In this document: in pieces, positions 15,357 through 27,301 of the stretch | Layout: each line of letters opens with the position of its first letter | Position numbering within the stretch: the first letter of the stretch is position 1 | Assembly: GCF_037042905.1 (NCBI RefSeq) | Contig: NC_087250.1 | Span: forward strand, 26,228,001-26,292,000 | Reading direction: 5' to 3' | DNA: 64,000 nucleotides | Source: Lytechinus pictus | Taxonomy: Eukaryota | Notes under the pieces: generated by a model | What the model saw: only the letters and a program-made list of their open reading frames with translations | Told to the model about the DNA's origin: nothing | Databases searched by the model: none | Program-made: the position numbers and the translations under genes

Positions 15357-16521
15357 GCCTTATATTCGTTCAATAAGAGAAACGGACATCCTGTGATGCT
15401 TATTCAATCATTTGCTTACCCAACTGTACAGGAAATGTAAACAAAATATTATTAATGTCTTCTCAGTTTCTACTCAGTAGGCCTATCGCCTTATACTCCA
15501 CGTGTTTTATAATCTCATTTAATCGATATTAAATATTAAGAATCACGGATTTGTGAATGGATTTATGCATCATGTATACTTACCTGAAATGATTTTCCTT
15601 TATACCTGATCCCGGTTATACACCGGTATAAAACAAACCTATAACCAAATTCTATAAATATTATATCATAAAGCCATATTTCATAACATGTACTTTTTTA
15701 AGTGTCTATCCGCTTACAGGAGAGAAGAAGCTGATACTTCTATTTATGGAGCACCCCCCCCCCCAAAAAAAAGAAGATATGTGACATGCTAATACTAAAT
15801 ACAGAACGATGGCTATAAGAAACCCTATTAATCTCACAATTACTTGCATTTGTTAACTAGTGTCGCATAACTACAAGTATAAATGTAATCAACAATTGGG
15901 ATATTTACTTTATTCTAAATAGGGATAATACCTTGTTAAACAAACTTAGCCAGATCCGTACTAGCCATTTGATAAAGACATGCTCTGTATACCCTTTCAC
16001 AAATCAGCAAGATTGCCATGAGGTTTGAAACGCTTTCCATTCTTTCTGCTTATCAGAGTGGAGACACTTAATTTAGTAATTTAGCGTTCAGTGCCTTATG
16101 CAGGCTCCGGTATTCCATCCATGTGGAGATGTATTATAATACAAGCCCTACCAAGACTGTTCTTTGTATTTACAGTAACGATCATTTTTCGTTTTAAGAG
16201 GCATAACCACATCAAATGTTTCATGTTCTTAAGCGTTTCGAGCGTGTTCTCGTATTGTTACATGAGTCTCTAAACGAATACTAGCCAAAGGAAACAATTC
16301 CAGAGTTTTATCAATTCTAACTTCTCCACCAAATCCTCTTTGACCATGTTATAATTATGCTTAATATGTATAGATTCTGAAACCAAACCTATACAAAAAT
16401 AAAAATGCCTGGCAACTTTTGTTTTTTTCCATATTCCAACAAAACACGATACACATTGGCGGAGAGGATAGACTGTCGTAAACATAAATTTTATCATACT
16501 TATTTGAATTAATTCACTCGG

Positions 16522-16635
16522 CAGTGGCGGACCCTGACCCGGAGGAGACGGGGCATTGGAGGGGCACTGTATTGTTTGTGAACAATGCTGTGCCCCTCCG
16601 GTGCTTTGTCTCCTCCGGGTCGCGGTCCGCCACTG
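16522..16635. mobile_element. 114-bp hairpin hAT-type MITE, copy 1
   Basis: CAGTGGCGGACC...GGTCCGCCACTG, near-complete palindrome; perfect 8-bp TSD TCACTCGG. Confidence 0.92.
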
Positions 16636-17015
16636 TCACTCGGTGCTTACCAACCGTCCTTAACAATTTGTATTTCTAAGCTAAGTAGAGTTTTTTGTTT
16701 TTTTTTCCTATCGCAAGTTACAAAAATCCACTTAAGGAGCATCTCAGTTGGACATGGTATTCTATCGTGCCCAAGCCGCTTGTTTTTCATGTCATGCATC
16801 ATATCACTCCATGCAAGTATGTTCCCCTGTTATTACCCGTGCGCACACACATTCACTCCCGCACTCGCACAACCCGTCACAATCTACCAACCACAACATA
16901 TACACATACACGCGTGCGCGCGCGCGCGCGCACAAACACACACACTCACACACACCTACCCTCAGTTCACAACACAGTTCTTCATCCACAATACGGTTTC
17001 ATTCAAAAAGTCTAA

Positions 17016-20000
17016 ATGATACCCCGTGACGAAAGCATGCATGACCAAGACATGATAGACTCAGAAAGTAAATATTTCACAATAGAAGATTTTAATAATA
17101 AATTCAACGTTTCACCGAATGATTCTGTTACTACAACCGAAACCAACACATCTTTTAACAGCATTGCTAGTGACCAAAATCATATTTTGTCTAGTCATTC
17201 TTTAGGTTTTTTGCACATCAACGCTAGAAGTTTAAATAAATCATTTGATTCGATTGAATTACTCCTTTCCAATATTAACAATTACCCCTTCTCTATTATC
17301 GGTATATCAGAAACTTGGCTGCACAAAAACTCACCACCTCTATTTAACATTGATAATTATCAAATGATTCGTTCTGACCGTGAGCATGGTAAAGGGGGTG
17401 GCGTTGCCTTGTACACGCGCAATGATATACATTTTAAAGTAAGGGCAGATATACATATCCAAGGCACGGAGGATATTTTCATTGAAATTTTAAACAGTAA
17501 AAATAAAAACATAATCGTAGGTAATGTGTACAGACCCCCAAATGGTGACATTGATTTGTTTTTAGATAAGCTCGATCAATGTCTTAGTTTTATTTCTCGG
17601 GAAAATAAAGACATTTACATAATGGGAGATTATAACATTAATCTTATTAATACTGACAATAATTACACTCTAAAATTTATTAGCTCATTGCTTTCATACT
17701 CTTTCCACCCGCATATTAGTAATCCGACACGAATATCAAGTACGTCTAAAACCCTCATTGACAATATCATTTCAAATGTAACTAACAAAAACTTCATAAA
17801 TGGCATAATTTATTCTGACATTTCGGACCATTTACCTATATTTGTTATTTCTAATCAAGCTAAAATTCAACAACATACAAATAAAAACAAAAAAGAAATG
17901 CACAGAAAAGAAACCCAACGCAACATCGATGCACTAAAAACTGATTTAGCTGAAGAAGATTGGAATGAAGTATTGAACGAAACTAACGCCGATGTTGCTT
18001 ATGAAATATTTATTCAAAAACTCTTACATTATTATAACAAAAACATACCTCTTGTAAAAAATAAGGTCCTTAAAAAGAATAAACAACCATGGATCACAAA
18101 GGGCATTAAACGATCAATATCAACACGGAATAAACTCTATAAGCAAGCTCTAAAAACTCAATGTAAGGTAAAATTTGACAAATACAAAAAATATAGAAAT
18201 AAATTGACATCCATTATTCGTCTATCTCGAAAACTGTACTATTCAAAAAATATAGAGGAAAACGCAAATAATGTTACTTTTTTATGGAAAACTGTCAACG
18301 ATCTCTTAGGTAAGAAAAAACATGATATTGCAAATAGTTTTAATGTTGATGGTCAAGAAATTACTAACCCAGAAACAATTTCAAATGCATTCAATGATTA
18401 TTTCACTAATGTAGGTCCCAATCTGGCCTCAAACATTCATGTAAATGATTCACATTTCACTAAATTCCTATCTCCAGCATGTGAAAACTCACTCTTTTTA
18501 AGACCAACTAATGAACTTGAAATAATTAGTATTGTTCAACAACTGAAATCTAGCAAGTCTTGTGGGCATGACGGAATTAGTGTTTATTTGCTTAAACAAA
18601 TTATTCATTACATTGCTCATCCACTATCCAATATATTTAATCTCTCTCTTTCAACAGGCAAATGCCCGGATTCCCTGAAACTCGCAAAAGTAATACCAAT
18701 TTATAAAAAAGAAGATTCCTCCTTAATCAGCAATTACAGGCCCATATCTTTACTACCATCAATATCTAAAATTATTGAAAAAATTATTTATAAACGACTC
18801 TTTACTTTTCTGAAAAACAATGATATTTTTATTCCTAATCAGTTCGGTTTTAGAGAAGGACACTCAACAGATTATGCCTTATTATATATGTACGACAAAA
18901 TTATTGAAGCTTTCACCAGAAAGGAACATTCGATTGGAATTTACATGGATCTTTCGAAAGCTTTCGATACAATCGACCACAAAATATTAATTCATAAATT
19001 AAAGTCATATGGAATAAGGGGACAAGCACTATCCTGGTTTGAAGACTATTTACATAATCGACAACAATACGTACATTTCCAATCTCAAAACTCACAAAAA
19101 CAAAATATCAAGTGCGGCGTACCACAGGGATCAATTCTGGGACCCCTACTTTTTATTATCTATATTAATGATATCATAAATTCATCCCCAATTCTAAATT
19201 TCATAATTTTTGCCGACGATACCAGTATTTTCTATTCCCATGCTAATTTAGATACTCTAACTCATATTCTTAATTCAGAACTCTCTAAAATATCCCAATG
19301 GTTTAAAACAAACAAACTTTCACTTAACATAAGCAAAACCAATTTTATACACTTTCGAGAAGCTAATCCACACTTACCAGCTCCCAATTTATCAATTGAC
19401 GGTTTACCTCTTACTGAAAAGCACTCTACCAAATTCTTGGGAGTAACAATTGACTCCAATCTAACGTGGAATGAACACATACACAATGTACATACATCTA
19501 TATCAAGAAACATAGGAATAATTTACAAATTAAAAGACTTTCTTTCTGAAAAATCATTATTGGTTCTATACAACTCCCTAGTACTTTCACATATGATGTA
19601 TTGCAATATTGTATGGGGTAACTGTAGTATAACGAAAATAAACTCTCTTCTACTTCTCCAAAAACGAGCAATTCGTAACGTTACTCATTCGCATTATATT
19701 TCCCACACAGAACCTCTATTTCAGCGTTTAAATGCACTTAAAATACAGGATATTCACACTCTACAAACAGGTATATTTATGTTTAGATACACTTACAATA
19801 ATCTTCCATCATTATTCCAAAATCTATTCAATTTAAATTCAAATATACATGCATATCCAACTCGCCACTCTTCTGATTATCATCTACACAACCCCAAACT
19901 TATTCTTGCTCAAAAATCAGTTCGCCATCATGGACCAGATACCTGGAATTCCTTACCACAATACTTAAAACAATGTCCCTCTCTTAACTCATTCAAATCA

Positions 20001-20042
20001 TCCTTTAAAACATTTATGACACGCAAATACAATTCTGAATAA
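17016..20042 (+). CDS. LINE ORF2: apurinic-like endonuclease + reverse transcriptase (1008 aa, uninterrupted)
   Basis: APE motifs HINARSL, ISETWL, YRPP, GDYN, IDNI, SDH; RT motifs YRPISLL, QFGFR, DLSKAFD, GVPQGSILGP, FADD, KFLG; C-terminal WNSLP. Confidence 0.97.
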   Translation: MIPRDESMHDQDMIDSESKYFTIEDFNNKFNVSPNDSVTTTETNTSFNSIASDQNHILSSHSLGFLHINARSLNKSFDSIELLLSNINNYPFSIIGISETWLHKNSPPLFNIDNYQMIRSDREHGKGGGVALYTRNDIHFKVRADIHIQGTEDIFIEILNSKNKNIIVGNVYRPPNGDIDLFLDKLDQCLSFISRENKDIYIMGDYNINLINTDNNYTLKFISSLLSYSFHPHISNPTRISSTSKTLIDNIISNVTNKNFINGIIYSDISDHLPIFVISNQAKIQQHTNKNKKEMHRKETQRNIDALKTDLAEEDWNEVLNETNADVAYEIFIQKLLHYYNKNIPLVKNKVLKKNKQPWITKGIKRSISTRNKLYKQALKTQCKVKFDKYKKYRNKLTSIIRLSRKLYYSKNIEENANNVTFLWKTVNDLLGKKKHDIANSFNVDGQEITNPETISNAFNDYFTNVGPNLASNIHVNDSHFTKFLSPACENSLFLRPTNELEIISIVQQLKSSKSCGHDGISVYLLKQIIHYIAHPLSNIFNLSLSTGKCPDSLKLAKVIPIYKKEDSSLISNYRPISLLPSISKIIEKIIYKRLFTFLKNNDIFIPNQFGFREGHSTDYALLYMYDKIIEAFTRKEHSIGIYMDLSKAFDTIDHKILIHKLKSYGIRGQALSWFEDYLHNRQQYVHFQSQNSQKQNIKCGVPQGSILGPLLFIIYINDIINSSPILNFIIFADDTSIFYSHANLDTLTHILNSELSKISQWFKTNKLSLNISKTNFIHFREANPHLPAPNLSIDGLPLTEKHSTKFLGVTIDSNLTWNEHIHNVHTSISRNIGIIYKLKDFLSEKSLLVLYNSLVLSHMMYCNIVWGNCSITKINSLLLLQKRAIRNVTHSHYISHTEPLFQRLNALKIQDIHTLQTGIFMFRYTYNNLPSLFQNLFNLNSNIHAYPTRHSSDYHLHNPKLILAQKSVRHHGPDTWNSLPQYLKQCPSLNSFKSSFKTFMTRKYNSE

Positions 20043-21455
20043 TTTATGCATATATATAAAAAGAGTTCTACGGGTCTTGGTCAATTTTCAATTTTCTTGG
20101 TAAATTTTTAATTTCTATCTGATCTCATAAACTGTTACATCAGAAAATGAAAAAAGTTAAGTCATAGTATCAAACTTTTCTATCATTTCAAGCTGTATCC
20201 TGGAACCATTCAATAATTCCTAATTAATACTACCCCACACCCTCATATACCGACACACATACACGCACGCCCACTCTCAACACACACACACACTTATACA
20301 TACACATACAATTTTAAATATACATTTGCACACGCGCACACGTTTGCACATGCACAAACACATGCAAATACGTCAAATGCGCACATAATATCAGGCATAC
20401 AAGGTTCTTGCATGTAAATATCGTATTAATAATATCTGTTTATAATTAATTTAAGTCAATGCTTGATTTGTACTTCGTTCTTTTTTGTCTATTTCGCTAA
20501 TACGTTTTGAGGCCGCTACCCTAGTCAAGCACTGCTTATGGTAGCGGTCTCCAGCATTTTTTTTTTTGTCTACTCAACAAAGTACAACTTATAATATTGC
20601 AAACTAATACTATCTATATACATTTTTGCAAATGAATGATTATTTGTATTTTTTTTTTGTAAAAAGAAATGTATCACTATTTTTTTCTTTATGTTGTACA
20701 TTATGTTTGTTAATTATTTCTGTTGGAAAAATGCTGAAATAAAATCAAATCAAATCAAATGTCTATCATGGTTTATATCCCTCTCCTTTCCCTCTCTTTA
20801 TCCATATACAATGTTCATCTTTCTTTATTTATCTCTCTCTTTCTCCGTCTTTATTCTACTTCTCTCTTTCTCTAACTCCCCACTACTTTCCCCACCCCCC
20901 TTCGTCTGTCAACATCGTTCTATATATCATTTTCAACCATTACTTCTTGTCCTACATAATTATGTAGATGAAAAATGAACTGCATATAACGCCTTTTGTT
21001 GTTTTACTTTTAATTTCATTCATTTACGCTGACCAAATTACTTGATTATAAAATTACATAAATTACGTGATTATTTTGTGCATTAAAGTCACCCTCCTCA
21101 TCACCATGCCGATGACCTCAAAATAAACCCTGCAAAGATTTCGATCAATTTAAAGTATCAAACATTTAGTCAGATCGGTTGATCGGTTGATAGTTGGTTT
21201 TAAGATCAGTAATGTGTATACAACTGAATAGATTGGCAATCCTTTCTCGAAATGTACTTAATTACCATAACCCATAGTCATGATGGTAGAGATAATGACT
21301 TTCTATTTCCACATGACTATTTTCTGCTCTCAAGTAGGTGAGAATAATTTTGTCTTGATTAAAGTCCATAGATCAACAAAACATGGCTTTTATCATATTC
21401 AACATTGTTAGTATGTACTTCATAACAAAGCATAATGAAAACATATTATATTTAA

Positions 21456-21835
21456 AGGTATTACTTAACTTTGTGAGCAGTCGATTAAAAAAATTATCAA
21501 ACCAAGATAAAACATGTGTGCAAGTACATGTATTAGAACAAAAAAAAAACCATGAAAACAACCATTATTGAGAATGAAAAGCTAAAAATACAAGGCAAAC
21601 CCCGATTTTGTAATTAGGCGTCTTAAAGACACTTAAAAGAACACACAATTGTATGGGATGAAATTAAGATGGTGTTTCCGGTCACTTTATTTTTCACTTT
21701 TTGAAGCACTAAATAATGATTTTCGGACGCGATTTTTTCTGGGCTTCATTTTTTAAACATATCACAGATACAAGTGACAAGTGTGACCTTCTAGCTCAGA
21801 TTTTTTTAAAGTCAAATCAATGTTAGCCAATCCCT
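21456..21835. mobile_element. TTAA-flanked non-autonomous DNA element (Kolobok-like)
   Basis: TTAA|AGGTATT...AATCCCT|TTAA; empty site in the paralog at ~9001. Confidence 0.8.
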
Positions 21836-22051
21836 TTAACACAAAACGTATACTATCTACTCATCTTGCAATGTACACTTAAAAATAATTGATCATGATA
21901 TCATTATAAATCATCACATTATATCATTAATGTGTATTAATTTTCCTAGTTTTATGAAGTGATTTGTAATCAGCTGTATAAGAGCAAACGACAATATTTA
22001 GCAAATCAAACAAAGCTGGAATTGTCGAGCATTTCATCGGACAGTAACCAT

Positions 22052-22165
22052 CAGTGGCGGACCGTGACTCGAAGGAGATAAATGATTGGAGGGGCACTGT
22101 ATTCTTTGTGAACAATGCTGTGCCCCTCCAATGCTTTGTCTCATCCGGGTCATGGTCCGCCACTG
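22052..22165. mobile_element. 114-bp hairpin hAT-type MITE, copy 2
   Basis: Aligns ungapped to copy 1; TSD GTAACCAT/GTTACCAT; absent from the paralogous site at ~9390 (GGACA GTTGCCAT AGTAAC). Confidence 0.92.
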
Positions 22166-24124
22166 GTTACCATAGTAACAACGCTTCTCAGCCAATCAAA
22201 ATCAAGAAAAGTTGTTAGATCTGAAAAATTATCGAGAGAAATGTATATATTAAAACCCTTTCCCGCTCTCTCTTTGGGAACGAATATTTAATAGCGATTG
22301 AATTGATATTTTAAATAAAACATAAACCCTTTATAGCTAAACTCAATCTGTACAAAGTTGATTATTGTAAGAATAAATTCGGAGGATTTTTTAAATATAA
22401 ATGTCACATTTCTACATTAACACAACATATCTTAGACAATACCGACTTATAAACAACGTATTAGAGCAACATTTACCAACTAAACGCAATATTTAATGAA
22501 AATGAAATAAGGAATTCAAATGAATTGAACGTAGTACAGCCTACTGTAACGGAATAATAATACAGGTATTAGTCTGGAGGACAGGCTAGAGAAAAGTTAG
22601 TAATGGCGTTATACTCATATCTGAATGACACGCGCCTTAAAACCCAAGTTAACAACAACAACAACAGGGCCACGGTGAACAACAGACCTGTTAGTCGGAA
22701 TCGGACGTCAAGTGTACATTTATAAATAAAAGGTGTAATACCATTTGACATGGCGTGGTTTGTTTTCTAGAAGTTCATGAGTTTCTGAAAGGAGCTCAGG
22801 GGCCTGTTGCATGACGAGATGAGCGATACTTAGGAACGTCCTAAGACCATTCTTCCGAGATAGGAAGATTGGCGACAAATCAGCGCTTTCCGTTTCACGA
22901 AGGAAATGTTGTCTTTCAAGTCCGTACCGTGACATCGTTTGATATCGATAGTATCGGAAAGATATTTAGTCTTCATCGTCACCTGAACCTTTTATTTCTG
23001 AATAACGACTTTTCATATAAAACTGATATATGTCAATAAAAGGAGATCAAATAATGTTTTATTTATTACTGATTGTAGAATTGATGTATGGAGCTTACTT
23101 TATGAGGTAAAAAGAGAAAAAAAATTAAAAGATTCACAAACGAACTTTATAAAATCGATATTTTCATTATTTCCCTTATTTAGAACACGGTGTCCTTTTA
23201 GAGACACCTTTCATTGATATTTCAACGAAAGAGACCCTTGTCCGACATACAAATGATTTAACTAAGTAATTTCGACATTGTATTAGTTTAATATTCTGAA
23301 TTTTTATAGTATTTATAATGATAATTTGGCAAATTATGTGTTAAATGTTATTTACTGAGGTAAAACTAGGGTTTGAATGGAGTAAACAAAATCAACAGTG
23401 TCTGATTGTATGAGACTAAAAAGGAAAATATGAGAGGCTGCGTGTGAAAAATCTAATTTATTCTTTTTTATTTGTCAGATAGAACGCAATAAATACAAAT
23501 GTGAGTGGTTAGAGTATAACCATACCTCAGTTATATGATGAGTAACCGAAGAAAAGGAAAATATGAAAATTGCTGCAAACATGTCCAAGTGGATAAAGTA
23601 ATGCTTTGCAATAATAATTAAAACATAGAAAAATGTGTGAATCATCTACAATGGAAAAAAATATTCACGGAAATAATGCTAAAAATGACAACGATCATAA
23701 ACTTTGGTCATATTTAAAGTTGATTACTTTATGGTAGTTGCAAAAGGGGCTAGGTCTACTCCAAGAAAATCATTTTTTTTTATTCTCCCAAATTGCAATA
23801 TTCTTATGCGAAACTGAATTTTCATGATACCCTACCATGATAACATAAAATTGGGTATAAAAGAATTGTTAAAGATATTATTTTCCGAAAAAATTATGTG
23901 TAAACCTAACCCCTTTTGCAACTAAACTGAAATGGATGTAAACCCTTTTTTTTTTCTTTGCACTTTTAGTTCACTTTTTAATAGGAATTGTATATTTTCT
24001 TTGGTATCATCTTATAGAGCTACTAAAAATCTAAACATTGACATATAAAAATCAAATTTGATGAAAAATGGACCTAACCCCTTTTGCAAGTGAGCTTTTC
24101 AGTTGTAGTATATTTTTTATTCAT

Positions 24125-24340
24125 TTGAGCGGGGGTCGTGGGTTCGATCCTCCATGTCCTCGGCCGAGTCATTCCAAAGACTCGGCCAAAAGTTGAACCC
24201 TCTGCCTTCTTTCTAGGCGCTCTGCTCAGCATTTAGATTGGAGAAGGGTAATAATAACATGTTATGTCATGCAGGGCTCCCTGGTAGAGCAGTGTCCTAA
24301 CTGAAGTGCCTACCCTGGGTAAATAAAACGTTATTATTAT
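24125..24340 (+). mobile_element. tRNA-derived SINE, 5'-truncated
   Basis: B-box-like GGTTCGATCC; tail CCCTGGGTAAATAAAACGTTATTATTAT; a similar tail fragment lies at ~26235-26295. Confidence 0.65.
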
Positions 24341-25473
24341 CGTTTATGGAAATAGGAATTTGATGACGACGATGATTCGGCCGTTGTTGAGGAATAAATG
24401 GAAGAGCTCATCTGCAAAACAAATCATTTGGATTTCAAAAATGATAGACATCAGTCAAATGGTATGGAGGAGACTAATTATTAAGTAATAACTACGTCAC
24501 ACTTTCAACATACGGCAATGGATTCTAAACTTGACAGTAAAAATCAGTGGATCAGTAAAACGGCAACATAATTATTGTACACAAAAATGAAAAAAAAATA
24601 TATTTTAAAGAGAATTATTTCAACCCGTTGCATACTGGAACTGTACAAATCTGTTCAAATAATAATAATTCAGTATTAAGAGGTTAAGTATTTATTTCAT
24701 TGTCCTTTGAGAAATGAAAAGTATGCTCTTCAACAGTTCAATAACCTCTTCTCGATTACTTTGAAATTTCTTCTCTTCCTTTTCTGCCTCTTATTTGTTC
24801 TTGTTACTACCCCGAAATATTTTCCTCGTGTTGCCTTTCCTAAAACTTCTCATTCTTCTGCTCTTTTTTGATTATTTTCCATCCTCATATGAATTAATTC
24901 ATATTTTACCACATGGCCCCCAAGGCTTTTGCGACGGATAGCAAATAGACGCTTCTGATTGGTTACCGGTTAGTATTTTGAACCAAATGCGCATGTTTAA
25001 ATGATCTTGAATGGTTTAGTTCTTTTAGCGATTTATTGCTAACCTTTGTACGCATCTACGAAGTCATATATGCCATTAAGCTCATTATACTTCTCATAGC
25101 ACAATATCTTTCTTTTATTTTGTTTTAAAGTTTTGTACAATCTTTTCGTGTCCGCTTCTACCACGATAGTGAATTTAATCACTGATATTGTCGTGATTAT
25201 GTAAGGTTAGGTATCTGAATCTGAATAGTTGGGGCAGCAAACTGTCTTGGGAGACACATCCACGCTAACTTAGTGAAGCGAGTAGCGCAACGTGTGTGGA
25301 ATTACTTTTATTGAAGTTGTTTCAGTTTTAATTTTCAAATGACTCCAGAGAGGGGCAATTTTCATGAATGAAAATCGATTAGGTACTTTTCCTTAACCTG
25401 TGATTGGTTGTGCTGAGGAGTATTATAATAAACATGAGGATAAGGACGATAATAATAATAATAATGATAACAA

Positions 25474-25682
25474 TCACAGCGCGGCTCACGCCCGAGTGGA
25501 GTCAGACAATAGCTCCCGACGCTATATAACCCGTGCGCAGCAGCGTCTTTGCTCATTGCCTGACGAAGTCTAGCAGCTTGCAGACGAAACGTCGCTTTCC
25601 CACTACGTTTGCTACATCGTGAGACAACTGGTTATTTCTTCTACTCAACCCTTCACCACGATGAACCTCTTCCACATCAACA
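25474..25682 (+). mobile_element. Probable Penelope-like element pLTR remnant with minimal hammerhead motif
   Basis: GC-richer island between (AAT)n runs; TATATAA followed by CTGACGA-stem-GAAACGTC at 25560-25593. Confidence 0.6.
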
Positions 25683-27301
25683 ATAATAATATTGAAAATG
25701 AATATCTGATGCTAGCTGGTGAAGGAATACTAAAAAGAACAACGTTGATAATGATATTATATGCCAACATGGCCAACGTAGGACGTCAATACCATATGGA
25801 GGAACTTTGAAAGGTCACATACTATAATAATTACAACCCATGTAATCCTGATGTTTGCATTTTTCATGAATGAAATCAATTTCAGTCCTTGGCGTTGAGC
25901 TTGATAAATCATGTTTTAAATGTAATCCACTCTATTATGTGTGATGTCATGATTTGGACAATAAATTACGGATCTGGGGACTTTTTTTTTTCATAATATG
26001 CATAACATGCATGATATATATTCTTATTTTTTATAATATGCGTAATATGCATGATACATAATGTATGCATTTTACATATTTGTTTGTATAAAGCTGAACA
26101 GGCTACTCTGGATAAAGATTTGAAATCAATAAAATAAATAAAGAAATAAAGATATGTATTTTCTTTATTCAGATACAAAAAAAATGAAAACTAAATTTTC
26201 CAATATGTTTCTTCCTCTATTAATGTTGATAAAGGAGAACAGTTCTCGGAACTGAAGTGGCTTCCCTGGGTAAATATACCGTTATTATTATTATCTTCAA
26301 GGGGAATCGTTGCGCAGCCTTTTCACAAAGCCATTCGATAGACAACAGTTGGATATCTACAAGCAAGGCTGAACAAAAAAACAATATTTACCCCAAAAAC
26401 GAAACAAAAAATCCTGTACGATATTAGATTGCCCCAACAGTAAAGTAAAGTAAGACATCGCTGCACCGCATCTGCAAGTTATGTGCAACGTTCTACAGAT
26501 GAGCGCATGTCACGTGACAATGCACTTCTTACCTCGTAAACTGTACGCCTGTGCTGTGTTGAAGCATAATCGTACTTGACTAATGATACTTGCGGATCAC
26601 GTGACGAACGTCCACGGCGGATAAGTGTGTGCGTGTGTGTGTGTGTGTGCAGCTTGTATGAATTTATGGTGAGCTCAACGCAATGCATTTAATGGACGTT
26701 CGCAATGCAATATATGTGCGCCATGGATGATGGCACTGCTGTCTTCTAACGTAACCGAATCCAACCTCATAACGCAAGCCATCGTCCATCCCTGATCGGG
26801 TGAGCATTATAAAATTTATTTTGAATAAAGAGAAAGAGTGTAGCCGTCTTCTGTTTGCGTGTTCGTACTTCAATAACCTGCGTGGCTTTTTGGTCGGTAC
26901 ATAGTGCATAGCCGTCTGCATTATAGCTAGTCGTTATGAGCTACAAGATCAGTGCACCGTATCACAAGGGGTTACAATAAATGAACATAAGACATTCATT
27001 GCCTTCTGAGCTCCGCCTTACAAGAAATAGCAATTGATCCGATCAACAACTATGGAAAGCCAGCAATGTTAACATACAAAATGCAGTTTTATTCAAAATG
27101 TTTCCTGAATATGATGTTCTACAGGCGTAATGAGAAAAAAAAGCTAGAGGCCCAGATATGTCTTATCCGGTAGAATTTATTAAATGTAGCGAGCGAGAAA
27201 ATGAATCCACAATTTTATTTTAATTGATATGATTTTAATTTATCTTTAACAGGCCTATATAACCCCACATCGCATCGTGCATTGGCTGTTCTCGGATTGA
27301 A

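Larger units (their letters stand above)
13874..20761 (+). mobile_element. LINE retrotransposon insertion, CR1/L2 group (Crack/Daphne-like), ~6.9 kb
   Basis: APE-RT ORF; 3' tail AATAAAATCAAATCAAATCAAAT; TCTATCATG flanks both sides (13865-13873, 20762-20770); the joined flanks align with the uninterrupted paralogous site near 8180-8210. Confidence 0.8.

Noticed and set aside
16585..17029. 93-144 aa ORFs upstream of LINE ORF2 as a candidate ORF1
   Set aside because: They start in or near a MITE, run through (CA)n/(GC)n low complexity, and show no ORF1 domain features.
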